A stretch of 64,000 nucleotides of DNA from Octopus vulgaris (GCA_951406725.2 OX597816.1:50840001-50904000); one strand, 5' to 3'; shown: positions 40,961 to 55,882, numbered from the stretch's first letter. Made by a program: numbers and translations. Notes: a model not told the origin generated them from the letters alone.

Positions 40961-43900
40961 GTTGTCCTGAGTAATTTGATAATATTTTCATACTTACCAA
41001 CCAGTACACAAATTTCTCAATAATCTGGGTGTTTAGGATCTAATTTCTATACGTCGGCATTCCGGTCGGAAAACACAGAATTTGACACAATTTGAATGAA
41101 AGTCACACTTGGAAAATGCGTCAGTCATGTAAGAAGCGTATTGATAAGGCTATTTTAGAAATGTATTAAAATGCGGAATTTCCAGATAATCTGATGTTCG
41201 GGGCCGAAATATCATGTTTGAGCTTTTCAAGCTTAAACACGAAATGGGCATCGATTGGGTGATAAATAAGATTGGAAAGTAGTTTAGGCTCCGTTCATAT
41301 CCCAATTCTGAAAATATACTAAACGTGAAATTTCTTTGAAGATCTGGAGTTATGGGACCAAATTTACATATTTGAACACAAAAACTGAGATAATTTGACT
41401 CAAATGATATTTTGTAGGTAGTTGTGGGCTCATTAGAAATGTATTCATCAGACTATTATGAAAACCTATAGGCTCTGGCCCTAGTCCAAATCTCATTAAA
41501 TCTAGGACTCTAAACCTCCATTTTGAGATTTTGGCTAAAAAGTGAAAATTTGTTTTAAATGAACAAAAATACGATTTACTATAAGAAGAACTAGCTGTAA
41601 AACACTAGAGCATCATGTCGTTAAACAAATATTCGTCTGATGTTAATGCAGAACTAGCCACATTTTTGTTCCTAAAGTAATGGAATGAGAGTCCATATCC
41701 ATCCTATTTCCTGACAAAGATTGCACCTTAATTTTCTCGACTAGTACTAATGGATCAAAAACAGTTCACATCCTTCTCAGAATATCAACGAAGTTTGACG
41801 TCAGGGAAGTTGTCCGTTTTGATTTTGTTCATTAATCTTAAACATTTTTTTGCTATCATCTATTTAATTTTTGAGTTCTGGAGGCTTTCACCATCGTGGA
41901 ACTCAAGCAGTTCTCAGGAGTGACCTTGAACTTTATGCAACGTCTGGCTGCTACTTATGCAGGAGTCCACGAAAAGTTATGACAAGGAAAATGTAAAGAA
42001 CTGAGCAAAGGTACAACTCTGCATCAACTTTGTCCTTGAAGAAGAGCCCTCGCAAGATCACAGTTAGAGATTGAGCACAGTATGGTCTTGCATACTTGTA
42101 TTCTGCAACTATAAATATTGTGATGCGCCGATTCATTGACTTGTGAAGTAAAAATATCATTACATTATAATCAGATGTAATGTCACCATTGTAGGAACTG
42201 CCTTATGCCAAGTCTATGAGCATATATAATCTATCGCGTAACTCAATGCTCCATCTTTCAATTGTACTATTATCTTCTTGAACTGCTCAACAGATCTCAG
42301 CAAGGCGCAGAGAACTCACTGAGAAACCATAGAAAGAGCACGCACCAGACTTATTTGACAATAATTACAAGGATATAATTATACCATACTTATTTGTGTA
42401 TAATTACATAGAGGATATTTTCATTAATTGATTTTCCATCACTTCAGTCTCTTAGTGAAGATGTGCAACATCGCATGAAGCACGTTTTTGTAACAACGTT
42501 GCCACAATCACCATTCCCTTGTCGATAACAGCGATCACAAAATTGCAAAAAAAGAATGGGTGCTAATATAGCTTAATCGATAACCGTAATCTGTCACATT
42601 CAAAGTTTATGGCGTGAGGTCGTTGAGTAGATTTCTCTGTTTGTAGAGTCACCACATTCAAAGAGTAAGCATCAATCCACATTCAGAGCTGCCACTGTTA
42701 GAAAAGAGAGAGGAGAAATAGAAAGGGGTTATTCCTCTTTAAGATAGACCTACTCGTCTTCATCTACATGAAATTTTTGAGTGAGTCTCATGAAGTACTT
42801 TAGCATCCTAAGGTTAGCACACATGCGGGATCTTACAAGACGATAGGGAGAATTATACTGCATTGTTTGTGCGTCCCGATGATACATTTGTAATTTCACT
42901 CTTTGAACGTTGAATGTTGTAAAATCTCGTGGTCCATTGTCTTACACTTCTGTGTTAGGCTTCAGTTTTACATTTGTGCCATGTTTCAGAACAAAGTTTC
43001 CCTTGAGTGGGTTTTCTTAATATTGTTTTGTGCACCACTCTTCTGTTGACGAGCTTATGACCTTTTTACGTTTGTTGACTGGTTGTTGAGCACTGTCGCA
43101 GTAAAGATGTTTTTTGTCTTGTTTTTCACATATATATTTTAACTGGTGGCCCTTCCTCCTCGCAAGATGACTTCGGAGTGATCCCATTGACTTCGGAGTG
43201 ATCCCATTCAGGTTGTATTGGAAGTGCTTTTTATTTTCTGCTTCAGAGAAAGCGACAGGAGGGAGAATAAAACAGGAGATAGTAAGAAAATTCCCTGCGT
43301 TGGGGAATTTAGCTCTGCTGTTAACAATGTATATGCTGTTTTAGAATGCGCTGTTATCACTTCAATTCTTTTTTCTTAATTAAAGCGAAAGCTTCAATTG
43401 TTTGTGATGTTGCTGCTGTTATTGCTTCTGTTGTCTTTTTTTCGTGCTGCTGCTCTTATTCCTCATTGCTGCTATTATTACTGATGTACACAGCTTACTT
43501 TATCGGAACAGCTATATTTAGAGTAATGGAGGCTACTTTCCCGCTTGCATTTTCCTTACGCTAGAAATTACAAAAGTGGTTTTCAGTTCAACAAATGTAG
43601 AATCATGCTGTCTGACCTCAGCCACAAAAAGCAGTTCCATTCCAATCTGCTAATCGACAATTACAATGAAATGTTTCCTTTATAACACTTTGATCACGGG
43701 GAGAATCCCCACTGTTGCCCCAGCGAAATCTTTTATTTTTAGGTTAAAGAGTGTGTCACTTCCCTTGAGGACAACACAGGGCAAGATGCACGAGATGTCG
43801 ATTTACAAGTAAGTCATTTTATTTTAATATAGCATGTCATCCTTCTTGAATACGTCGTGTAAAGTATGAGTTCAATATCCTCTTTGTGAAGAGCGCAATT

Positions 43901-44774
43901 CTGTGGGAAAGCATTGGTTTTAGAAAATGTTTCTCGCACTTCTCACCTTTCTTTACCTCATCATATATTCTATCGCTATTTATGTAACTATCACGGCTTG
44001 TTCCAACGAAGTGTTGCTACTGATTCTGGGCTTTGGCTTTTTGACGACACACAATAATAAATGACTATTTCCCGAGCCGTTCTATAAAAAATCTGAGACT
44101 GGATGCAATTTGGACACCCTTAACATTGACTGTAAGAAGTTTTGTACCAACATAGCCGAACCTGCTTCCTTTTTGGTTTGGAGAAACGAGACGTGATTTC
44201 TTCATGTCGTCACTATTTCAGTGGAAGATTGCTTACCTGTAAGACTACCTTAACCACGTACTTTATCATTATCGATTTGTTGTTCCAGCTGGAGCACTTG
44301 TTGCTGTTTTTGTCATCGTTGCTGTTCCTGCAATTGTTGTTGCTGTTTTTGATATTACTGCTGTTGTTATTTTCACTGATTTTATTGCCATTGTCCTAAG
44401 ACTATTGCTGTTTACGTCGTTATTGTTGCCGTCCTCATTGCTAATGTTATTAGATTCGCCTGGTATTGATGGTAATCAATTTAGCTATGTTAGATTTAAA
44501 GGAAGTTGAATCGCCATTAGGCGTTGTCTTATTCAGAGGAATAACTGCCCTTCCTACCACTTCAAACAGTTTCGTGGGCGTAGGTTTATATGTTGCCATG
44601 ATTTTAAACATTACAATTTACGATATTGTAAAATGCTTGTTATAAAATAGTTGCCCCACTATTATCCCGTTTATTCGAAAATATTTAAATAAGTATTTTG
44701 CAAACATCCACAGCTATTTGGTTAGAGAGACAGAGGGGCCGACAGACAGAGGGAAAGAGAGCGTGTGTGTCAGA

Positions 44775-44873
44775 GAGAGACAGACAGATAGATAGATACA
44801 TACATACATACGTACATACATGCATACATACATAGTTTAATAGATAGACATATATATAGTTGGTTAGATAGAG

Positions 44874-44951
<78 letters not shown>

Positions 44952-44995
44952 GTAGATAGGTAGGTAGATAGATAGATAGATATACAGACAGACAG
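44775..44995. repeat. (AGAT)n/(ACAT)n microsatellite
   Basis: Direct inspection. Confidence 0.95.
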
Positions 44996-45779
44996 AAGGC
45001 AACATTTCTTTTTGCAATTTCCATATTTCAACGGCTTTATCAAATATCGTCGGAAACGAGAAGTTTTCCAGCTTTTTCTGTACGAGAACGGTTACATTAT
45101 CTTTCACTGTTATTCTCTATCCATTCCTTTCTTTCACCATATCTCTCTAAATCTCACTCATTTCCCCTCTCTCTATGATAACAATCCCTCCTCTCTCTCT
45201 CACTCCCTGTTACGTCTTCATGTTTGCCGCTTTGCCTCACACTTGAACTATATTTCCTCTGCTTTTTTCCATCCCCTCTCTCTCGTTTTGCCAATCACTC
45301 CAACTATGCTTCCACTGCTAAACACCTTTTATTTCACTTTTTCTTTGTATCTCTCCCTTCAACCTTTTTACATCTTCCTCGGGAGTAAGTGTGACACACA
45401 CCACAGGTACGTACGTACAAAAACAAAATGTTAATATCATTGATACCAACAACAACAACAACAATAATAATGACAATAATGAAGATTTCAATTATTTGCC
45501 ACAAGGGCGAAGGATGATGGAGACAATACAAAGACAGAGATAAAGTGTAGGGGTGTACATATGAAATTTTAAGAAAAGACATTTTTATAAAGGTAAGTAT
45601 ACACAGTATACACTAAAATATAAAGGGCATATACATAGTATAAAAATGTTCTAAAAACGGTGGGGAGGATGACAGATATGTAACCCTCTTGATACAGAAA
45701 TACCTCTATGGATAATAGAGGAACTCCACTGACCGTGATTTCCCTGATCCCAAAGAGGAAGTTCCCTCTACAATTCCTT

Positions 45780-46450
45780 TTCTCCAACTTATAGATCTAC
45801 ACTGAGATAACTAACCTTCAACAATCTCACTCGAGGACAGCACTTCAGTCTCCACTCACAATTTCCTTTTCAAGTGAAACATGAAGAAGTCAATGAGGGC
45901 TCTACCAACGAGAAATGTATGTGTACTCCGCCTTTCAGCCTTGTCCAACAAACAACCTCTCTAACCAAAGCCACTAGGAAAAGAAAAGCTGCCTTACCTG
46001 CCCGATTGAAGAAGGAAAACGGGAAAAGCATCAATACCTACTCGACTGACAGACGGATCCGTCCCACACGGGACAGTAGCTGCTCGATATATACCCACAA
46101 GTTAGCAACGCCCGGACATTGAACGAGTGCGTGCAGAACCGCTTCGTTATACTGCGCGCACCTCACACCTTGGACAACACTTCCGTACGTGTAGAGATTA
46201 TCTCGAACTGGTAGCGCCACCTAGTTGCACTGCCAGGGCATGAACATCTGGAAATTATCCATAATAGCTCCCGACCGGAAAGGACACAGGAAGGTTCCAG
46301 CCAGTTTGTTTTCGCCGGCGCACAGAGTCTCCTCGATAACATCGTCGCACTTCTCCGCCACTAATCGTCCATAAATTTCTAAAGCGGGCCCATTTCCCTA
46401 CTGATAAAAGGCTGTGAGCGCCTGAAGATATTCAATGTGCCAGGCGCCCA
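45780..46450 (-). mobile_element. L1/Tx1-clade LINE ORF2 C-terminal (zf-RVT-like) remnant
   Basis: MDNFQ..WQC.*.ALPVRDNL..RCAQYNEAVLHALVQCP..LW matches the zinc-binding C-terminus of Tx1/L1 ORF2; in-frame stops present. Confidence 0.75.
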
Positions 46451-48159
46451 ATAAAAACTAAGTTGAAAGGAATTCAGTCCCGGGCTGTATAGAAATATGG
46501 GTACATGAGAACGTTGCTCTCGATAATATAGTGAACATTCAGATAACATCGTCAAAACGAGGACTAAGCTTACCAAGAAAGTGGAAAAAAGCATCTTCAG
46601 ATGCCCGAAACGTCAGAGAACGAAGCAAAATGTATTTTTTACATCTTAATATTTTATATATTGCATTTGTGACTGAGAAACCTTGTACGTGAAAAGAAAA
46701 CATCGTACAGTGCAGAACAACATTTCTGAACGAATTGGTCAAATACCCAAACTATCAACACAGTGTAAACCAAACAGTAAGTACATCTGATACTTTTATC
46801 AGTATACGCACAATATACTGGTTACACACTGAACACAAGCACCAACAAAGACAAAAGTAGTTGACGTTGAGTTAAAGAAAAACACGAAACGAAACGAATC
46901 AAAATATAACCTGAAACGAAACAAAATACAAAACGAAACGAAAGAAAACGCAGAACAGGCGAAATGAACTTTTGAACTTTTAAAAGCCACACGAAAGAAG
47001 AACAACTGAAAAATTAAACAATTAGCTCAATAACATTTAAAACATATATACATAAATTAGCTTCACGAAGAAATAAATCCATTAAGAAATAGACGAAGAC
47101 GAATTTGGAAACGTGATTTATTGAAAGAACAAACCCGTGTTGATTAAAAATATGGATGCCTACGAGCGCAATACACACACGTGTGTGTGTACGTGTGTGT
47201 GTACGTATGTGTGTATGTGTGTGTGTGAGAGAGAGAGAGTAATCAGGTGGTATCATCAAAATTAAGATGCAATTTACCAGAGAATGGAAAACGGAAGATC
47301 AGTTATATGGTGCTTGGTGATGTTATCACGATAAAAACACAAGCGTTTCGTTACCTCAGTTTATGAGATGCGTGAGTTTAGATAGAAACTCTACTGATGA
47401 CAACGGAAATCCGGTAGAATCTTTACAGGAAAGCCTCCTACAGCTTACTTCAATTTTTTATTCTAAGACGGTATCAATACATGAGTAATGAAGAGGAAAT
47501 AAACAAGTGAAAACACCGAGGGATATTTTGCATTACTACTTCAAAAGTGAACCCAAAGTAAGAGTGAGGAGGAAACGTATGTTAGAACTTTCGTTCAATA
47601 GATTTTTCACGTAACAGATCTCCACAACCTCTGACCGACCCACAAGTGTCTGATGAGCGGTCGCTTAAAACTCCGAGTAAGATTTTTATCACCCTTAATA
47701 AAATAAGGCGTGTATGTGTATATACATGTATAGATACACACATACATGTATATATATCCTAATCTTCAATCAGTATACGATGTTCTAGACATATATGTTG
47801 CTATGAATTTGTATCAATCAGTTTTAAAAGTGGAAATGGGAAAATACGTTTTATAAAAAACAGTTAAGCAAAATATGAAATAAGAACGAAACGTTGTTTT
47901 CTGAGGTTGCAATTTTAACTCACCAGAACATGTGAAAATGAAATTTGATCCTGTTGATTTCACTAATTCTTCGTAATATATGGGCCTAGGAGCAATAAAG
48001 GAAAAGATACAGTGAGATGTACCTGTTATAACAGAAACAGGAGCGTTTATTCACAAATTAACGTACTTAAGAGTTTATAATGTCTCGGAATGTGCGTATT
48101 ATAGGCGAATATATATAAATATTATAATCGGTAAACTACATCCTTTGAGGATTTAACAT

Positions 48160-48830
48160 CATCGCCTTCGAAATAGTCACCCTGCGCAGCAATATGCTGG
48201 TCTCTCGTTGTACATAAGTGAGCCGATGACGTTCTACGATTCCCTCTGGATCTCGGCAACGATGTTAAAACGGCGACGATTTAGCTGCACTGTCATTTTG
48301 GTGAAGGGATGAAAGTTTGTAGGTGCTCAATCTGGCGAGTGGAGAGAGTGCTGAAGCGATATCATGTTGTTTTAGTGAGGAGACTTCAGTGACCTCAGGG
48401 CGTACATTTTCATTGTGAAGTATGCAATTATTTACGCTACATATATCCGGGCATTTTCGCCGAATGTCGTCCATCAAACGCTTCAATACGTTGTTGACTG
48501 TCCTCCAATGATCCGCATACACAAGCTGATAAAATTCTCAACTTTCTGAGGTGATGCTCGTGGCGGATCTCCCAGATCACTCATCGCTTTTCAGGGACAG
48601 TCTTCCGTTATCGAAGCACCCATGTCATTCGAAATCTTGCCTATGACCAATTACCTCGTCACTGTAACTTTGCCGAATCATACTCAATGACTCTGTTGCA
48701 GACTTTATGTTTAACGCAAAATTTCACGTTAGATCTTTGTCCTAACTTCCTGACCCTGACAAAAGTCACGAAAAATAAGACCGAATGCAAGTGCACCGTC
48801 AAAATTAATTATTGATTTGGAAGGCCCAGA
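48160..48830 (-). mobile_element. Decayed mariner transposase remnant
   Basis: LKRLMDDIRRKCPD..CILHNENVRP (HDNARP-like), followed by a frameshifted HSPDL.P.NFHPF.KM region. Confidence 0.65.
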
Positions 48831-48899
48831 AACTGACAACGAACGAATAGCGCAAAGATTTTGAGGCGTTGCAGCCACGAAAACACATCAAGTCAGTGA

Positions 48900-50000
48900 G
48901 ACCTGTTGTGAGAATTGAGGCCTTGCTTGGAAAAGTTGAACAGAAGCCAAAAACAAGCACTCGTTTCAATCTCTTCAAAACTTTACCCTTCGTATAGCAC
49001 CATCAACTAACAGATCCATATGATATGCCTGGGGAAAAGACGCTGTGGAGCTGTTGCGATGATCAGGCTCAGTTGCGTGTGAACACTTGCAAACGACTGC
49101 TGGCAAATCCATGACATGCTCGTTTTTGGCCCACAAGTTTCCCTGGGGATGGAAAATGAATCTATGGTGTTGTCCGGAAAGTTCATGCCGATTTATAGTA
49201 GTTTAACTTTCGACTTATTTCAGAACATGGTTAAGTCCATAAAATAGGATTTGACTACACCTCCATTTAGAGCACAGTGTAAAATTTCTTTTCGTGGAAG
49301 AAGGTTTATGTTCCAATAACAAGTGTTAATTCTGTAATCCTTTAAAATTGAAGATAAGAAAGTTCATTTTCGGCGCTTGATGCTTTGGGAACTAGACAAA
49401 AATTGCTGCAGCTCGGCTGGGATTTGTTACCCCACCCTCCATATTCACCAGATGCTGCTCCTTCGGATTTTCACTTATTTATGTCTGTGCAGAATAGTCT
49501 TAATAGTACAAATTTCAATTCCTTGAATGACGTAAAAAGATACCTTGATGAATTATTTGTGATGAAACCACTCCAATTCTGGGAAGAGGGTATTTTCAAG
49601 TTAAAAGGAAGATGGAGACGCAGTGTGTAACAAAATGGTTCATATTTGGTTGATTAAAAATGTAATGTCAAGTATTTATTGACCTTTTACCTTCTTTTAA
49701 ATATCGGCACGAACTTTCCGGACAACCCAATCTTTTCATAAAGAGAAATTATTGACTGAGTTCCTCTAGAAACTTTACTCGATGAAGGAAGATTTGAACA
49801 GAAGGTAATGCGTTTTAGTGGAATTTTCAGTAATTGTGGCACACTGAGGTCATGTTTTAAATATCAACCTTTATCCTCAACTCCTGTGAGTTTGTGATAC
49901 TGTAAAAATCCACTACGCGGTATTCGTCAGTGGAACAAACGCACTCCAATAAACATGACAATGTCCCAGCGCGAACTGCGAAAGTGACCTAGCGAAAACT
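48900..50000 (+). mobile_element. Older mariner remnant interrupted by a younger mariner
   Basis: PGDGK*IY (TGDEKWIY-like) immediately before 49165; KVM..W-like and HDN motifs after 49730. Confidence 0.5.
49165..49730 (+). mobile_element. Non-autonomous mariner deletion derivative with both TIRs
   Basis: TIRs GTTGTCCGGAAAGTTCATGCCGAT / ATCGGCACGAACTTTCCGGACAAC; TA on the left; transposase C-terminus LPHPPYSPDAAPSDFHLF..FWEEGIFKL..RW. Confidence 0.92.
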
Positions 50001-50249
50001 TTAAAAATTTGAGGGGCTGCAATTGCTCCCTCACTCTGCTTACATATCAGATTATGTACCATAAAATCAACACCTTTTTCGGGCCATGTATATGCAAGCA
50101 TTACGTATAAAAGGAAAAAAAATTATATTTCGAAACAATATTAATATTCAAATTAATATTTTTGAAGCATATTCAAAGATTCATTTGAAACAACTACAGC
50201 AGATACAATCATTACGTCAGAACAAATATAATAACAATATCACCAATCA

Positions 50250-50415
50250 TAGGCGTAGGAGTGGCTGTGTGAAAGTAGCTCTTTTACCAATCACATGGTT
50301 CCGGGTACAGTCCCACTGCGCGGCACCTTGGGCAAGTGTCTTCTACTATAGCCTCGGGCCGACCGAAGACTTGTGAGTGGATTTGGCAGACGGAAACTGA
50401 AAGAAGCCTGTCGTA

Positions 50416-50478
<63 letters not shown>

Positions 50479-50945
50479 GTATGTGTGTGTATATGCTTGT
50501 GTCTGTGTTTTTTCCCCCCAACATCGCTTGACAACTTATTTCTTTATTACCCACAATGGGCTAAACACAGAGGGGACAAACAAGGACAGACATAGGTATT
50601 AAGTCGATTACATCGACCCCAGTGCGTAACTGGTACTTAATTTATCGACCCCGAAAGGATGGAATGCAAAGTCGACCCCGGCGGAATTTGAACTCACAAC
50701 GTAACGCAGACGAAATACCGCTAAGCATTTCGCCCGGCGTGCTAACGGTTCTGCCAGCTCGCTTGACAACCGATGCAGGTGTGTTTACGTCCCCGTAAGT
50801 TAGCGGTTCGGTAATAGAGACAGATAGAATAAGTACTAGGCTTACAAAGAATAAGTCCTGGGGGCGATTTGCTCGACTAAAAAGCCGGTGCTCCGGCATG
50901 GCCACAGTCAAATGACTGAAACAAGTAAAAGAGTAAAAAAGAGTT
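50250..50945 (+). mobile_element. Full-length family A SINE interrupted by a family C SINE
   Basis: Head 50250-50415, (AT)n linker, 3' body 50761-50945. Confidence 0.9.
50536..50760 (-). mobile_element. Family C SINE monomer nested in family A with 12-bp TSD
   Basis: TCGCTTGACAAC at 50524-50535 and 50759-50770. Confidence 0.88.
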
Positions 50946-51253
50946 AAGAATAATCGTTTCTTTAATGTTAACTAACGTTAATGACAATTTCTTGGATTTT
51001 CAGTTTGTTTCGAGCAGATTTCCGTACTAAAACGTTTTATCAGTTAATATATCCTGTCAACCAATGTTCAAAAGTTGAGCTGGCCTCGACTTCACAAACG
51101 CCCTAACATATATGTAATATAATGTTTTAATATATCGCACGACAAACGCATACACATAAACACACACACCACACAAACATTTTTCTGAAAAATAAAACAA
51201 CACCCCTCTCCTATAACTCTTTTGCCTACAGAACCTACAGAGCCATTGACTGT

Positions 51254-51312
<59 letters not shown>

Positions 51313-51682
51313 CTCAATGGCTTTTAATGTTCATTTCGTGAAGACCGTATCGTTCTGGTGCTTTTTCGAAACCTGCGCCATTTTACATTTCTATAATTCC
51401 CTAGTTTCCTGATTTGCATTAGCCGTGGCCATTATGTAAACAAGCAGATTTTGAAGACGCATGTTTTCATACGAGCCTTGTGTAGTAATGAATTCGATAG
51501 ATGAATGTTTAGATATACATTTTTCTCGAGGAAATATAATTAACTACAGGGGAAAAGATATTAATATTTGTGTGCATAAACATGTTGTGATTGGTTTTTT
51601 CAGTTCATTCCGTTTACATAAGTAAATATATAGAAACAAACTTCTCAGGAGATATGCAGAAACAACATGAATATACAGAACA

Positions 51683-51741
<59 letters not shown>

Positions 51742-51991
51742 GATACATATACATACTGCATGCATATCATTTAGCCAAAGCGATACTAACAGCCTGATTT
51801 TAGAACTCAATATACATATGATCCAGAAAAAAAAAAGTCGACGGAATAAGAGAGTACATAAATAACATGGGACTAAGGAATTACAGAATGTATTACATAA
51901 TTATATAATAGATTACATAATGTGTCTTTCCATTTCATGTATATAATCTCTTATTAGTCTGTGTACTGAAGTGACACTTTGATTATGAGGC

Positions 51992-52023
<32 letters not shown>

Positions 52024-52107
52024 TCGTGTGTATGTATAGATATATGTATTCATATATACAGACAGGCAGACACACACACGCGTGCGCGCATGCATATACT
52101 CTTATAT

Positions 52108-52155
<48 letters not shown>

Positions 52156-53254
52156 ATGTGTGTAAGCATATATGTATCTATACATTTTTATATGCGTATA
52201 TATATTATTGTGTGTATGTGTTTAAGTATGTAGTCATAATCGTATGTGTATTAATCTTTCGTTTCATGTATTGATGATGTAATATTCTCCACCTACGTAA
52301 AGAACGATATAACCGCTTCATGCGTCTTACTTTCAAAATTATTATAGAGTTTTATTTATAACCATTCAATTTATTCATCTTATTCCATTTATGTTGTTAT
52401 ATTTTGCTACCTAACAACCTTGATCGTGCACACTTGTGATCCATTGCACAGCAGCCGCAACTGTGTTTCTTTTTTATTTATCTCTACCGAAATCTACTCT
52501 AATATGCCCTTATATGTGTATTTTATGTAATAGTTAGACGTGATTTTTATGAGGTTGCTTTACTTCTTCTAGCAACTAGAGCGACCACATTAAAGCGCTT
52601 TCTCGTTAACTCAGGTGGCGAATATCATGTGACCTTATTTGTCGTTCTATTAATAACACCGACAGTTGCTAGAGAAACTACCAGCATTGTTGTGCAAGTG
52701 ATGGGAACACCACTGAGATAGTGCTGTCAGTGGCTGGATGTTTATTGCCATGATGAAAATATTACAACTGTATTACTCAACAACGAAATAGGCTGTAGAC
52801 CACTACTATATGCAATGACATTTACAGTAGTCGTTTAATAGATTCAGAAAATCCAGAAAACTTTGCTAAATACGAATAAAAGAAACAAATTTTGTCGGTG
52901 CACCACGAAAGAAGAAAGCATTAGTAAAACGAACATATCAATAAATGTATATATTTCTTATTTCGTAAAAACACAAGCACACTCAAGCACATATAAAGAG
53001 AGAGTGAAAGAAAGATTGAGAGAGAGAGAGTGTGTGAGAAACAGAGAGAGAGAGACAGACAGGCAGACAGACAGACAGACAGACAGAAAATGTCTGAACT
53101 GTATGTTCAAAGTGAGCATTTGTTTTATTTTTGGCTCTAATCGCAGCCAAAGCAACTATAGCAACGTCAAAATCAACATCAACAATAAGGAGCAAACATT
53201 AAAACTAATAATAAAATGATTAAAACATAGATATAATAGTAGCGATGAAGATTA

Positions 53255-53348
53255 AGATGGTGATGAAGAGGAGGAGGAGGATGTTGATGATGACGGCAAT
53301 AAAAACTGCAGCAAGAACAACAACAACAAAACCAACAACTCCAATAAC

Positions 53349-53434
<86 letters not shown>

Positions 53435-53580
53435 GAAGAAGAAGAAGAACAACAACAACAAGAACAACAACAACAACAACAAGACGAAGGAGGAGGAGGA
53501 GGAGGAGAAGAAGAAGAAGAAGAAGAAGAAGAAGAAGAAGAAGAAGAAGAAGAAGAAGAAGAAGAAGAAGAAGAATAGTA
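53255..53580. repeat. Compound trinucleotide microsatellite (AAC/AAT/GGA/GAA)
   Basis: Direct inspection. Confidence 0.95.
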
Positions 53581-54147
53581 ATCGTGATAGTCTTGGCGAT
53601 AAGAATAAAAACAATAAAGATCAAAATTATAAACGACAGAACAACAGAAATGCCTAGAGTAAGATTAATTGCAACTATACAAATAATAATCTAGATATAA
53701 TAACTAATGGCAGTAGATTATTGAATAAACAAGATGCCATAACAACTACCTGGATTATTTAAGAAAATAAAAATTAATAGTTTCAAGTCTTGTTACATGA
53801 GCAGTATTAGTAGAGTTCATAAATATCAAACATATGCCAACCTATAATATGTATACCTCTACATACATATATATATATACATATATATATATACATATAT
53901 AGATATATATAACAACACATACATGCATCCGTACATACACACACACACCCATAGGTATGCATGTGTGTTCGTGTGTGAGTTTCGTGTTTGTATATACGTA
54001 TATATGAATATATAAATATAAATACATAGGCATATATATACATATATATAAGTATATATATACATATATGTATATATACATATCTGTATATATATATATA
54101 TATATATATATGTTTGTATATATATATATATATATTATATATGTATG

Positions 54148-54182
<35 letters not shown>

Positions 54183-55249
54183 GTATAGAGAGAGAGAGGG
54201 CGTGAGAGAGAGGGAGATAGAGAGATAGATATAAAGAGGAAGAGAAAGTGAGAGATTTACACACGCCCTTTCATATACACACAGAGTTTTTCTAACCCTC
54301 TCAGTACCTATAACTGTTTGGTGCACAGTAATTTAATATATGTTAAAGATACGTTAAATATAAGAAATATAACTTTACGGAGTTTCCACCATGTTTAAAT
54401 TTTAACTAGATTGAATAAAAAAACGAAAATATGTAGGTACTGAAATGAAAATTATACGATAAGAGATGCTTTCGTTTTTCGGTACAAGAGGAATCGAAAA
54501 AAAATACCTTGCTGCGAGATTGCTACACAGATATGTTAATTATTATACAAAATACACTGTATTCCAAAAATAATTCTTTACATTTTTGAGGAACTACAAT
54601 ATTTGAATTTCGACGAACCAAACAGGGCAACCCTAAGTACTTGTTCTACATTCGGGAATGGGCATTTAAATATCCCTTGCATTTCATGGTAGCGTCTCTA
54701 AAAGTTAAAAACAAGGAAAATTTTGGTAAGGTAGTGTGCTAGCTAAGAAAAGAAGATATATTTATCTCTTTGTATTTTTTGTTGAAGTAATGTACGAATA
54801 CTGATTAGATTGACCGAATCAGTTATGTCTAAAATATATCCTTGCTGTATTCGTCTGAGATCAAGTGCTGTCTAGGCTAGATTTACCATTTATCCATTCG
54901 GCTTTCGATACATAAAGTACTATTCTTGTCGTAGGGTTAAAGATACTGATGTTTACTTTTTTTTTTTCTGGGAGACATTGGTTGTTAGGAGATCTAGAGG
55001 TGAATTGGATCTGCGTAACTCAAGAATGCTCAGAATAAGTTGCGCATTTCGGTGATGTATTTATGATTCCACACTAGCAAACCTCATAAAAGAATTAGAA
55101 TAATCAGTTTTACATTTGTATTAATTCTGATATTTGTAATAATGGATCATATTCTACATGGTTGCTACATGATATATGATATCGAGCAACAAATTCTAAA
55201 ATAAAATTTATGAAGGGTATAGTCCGATTCTAGGATACCTAAAAACAAT

Positions 55250-55275
55250 CTCTCACTCTCTCTCTCTCTCACACA

Positions 55276-55371
<96 letters not shown>
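55250..55371. repeat. (CT)n/(CA)n microsatellite
   Basis: Direct inspection. Confidence 0.97.
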
Positions 55372-55373
<2 letters not shown>

Positions 55374-55882
55374 ATGATAGTGTTCTTTCTGATACTAAAT
55401 CTCATTTGGATTAGTGATTTGTTAACAAATTCTGTTAAGAAAAATTGGGTTTCCAGAGGACCAATCATTGTTTCACTAGTTCACTTGTGATATTTACGAT
55501 ACCTTCATTCACAAAACACGAATGCGAATTACGAGCAAAACAAGTGTCACGCGTGTATAGATCTAAAATAAGAGAAAAATCTCTGGTTTATTCATTTTCT
55601 GGCTGATTTTACATATGTCACTGATCTATGTACTTTACAACGATGGAAATTCTCGGAAGATCCATGCATCCAATTCTACTTGAAAAAGATGTGACTGCGG
55701 CAAAACATTTTCCTTATGCATTGAAGTTTTAAGACGTCGTTTTGCAAGTAATATTTTGACCACAGATCAAACTTAATGGTCATTTCAGTATTTTTTCTTA
55801 GGATAATTTCTGTATTCGACTTTCGAAAATGTTTTACGGTGATCTTGTTAAAATGTTTTCTCTTGTTTCTTTTACTTTATAT

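Noticed and set aside
41900-43900. Possible very old LINE RT remnant (CPQGS-like motif on the minus strand near 43760-43780)
   Set aside because: Single short motif with no supporting frame.
45990-46372. Apparent minus-strand exon with a CAG|GTAAG donor
   Set aside because: The reading frame continues through the site as Tx1/L1-like ORF2 and contains stops; it is a retroelement remnant.
46590-46620. GCATC-TTCA-GATGC-CC-GAAACGTC half-hammerhead
   Set aside because: No CUGANGA core upstream; cannot be called.
47390-47425. CTGATGA followed by a CGG/CCG stem
   Set aside because: GAAA box and stems I/III are not recoverable.
54850-54875. AGATCAAGTG similarity to the U2 snRNA 5' region
   Set aside because: Only about 10 nt match; expected by chance.
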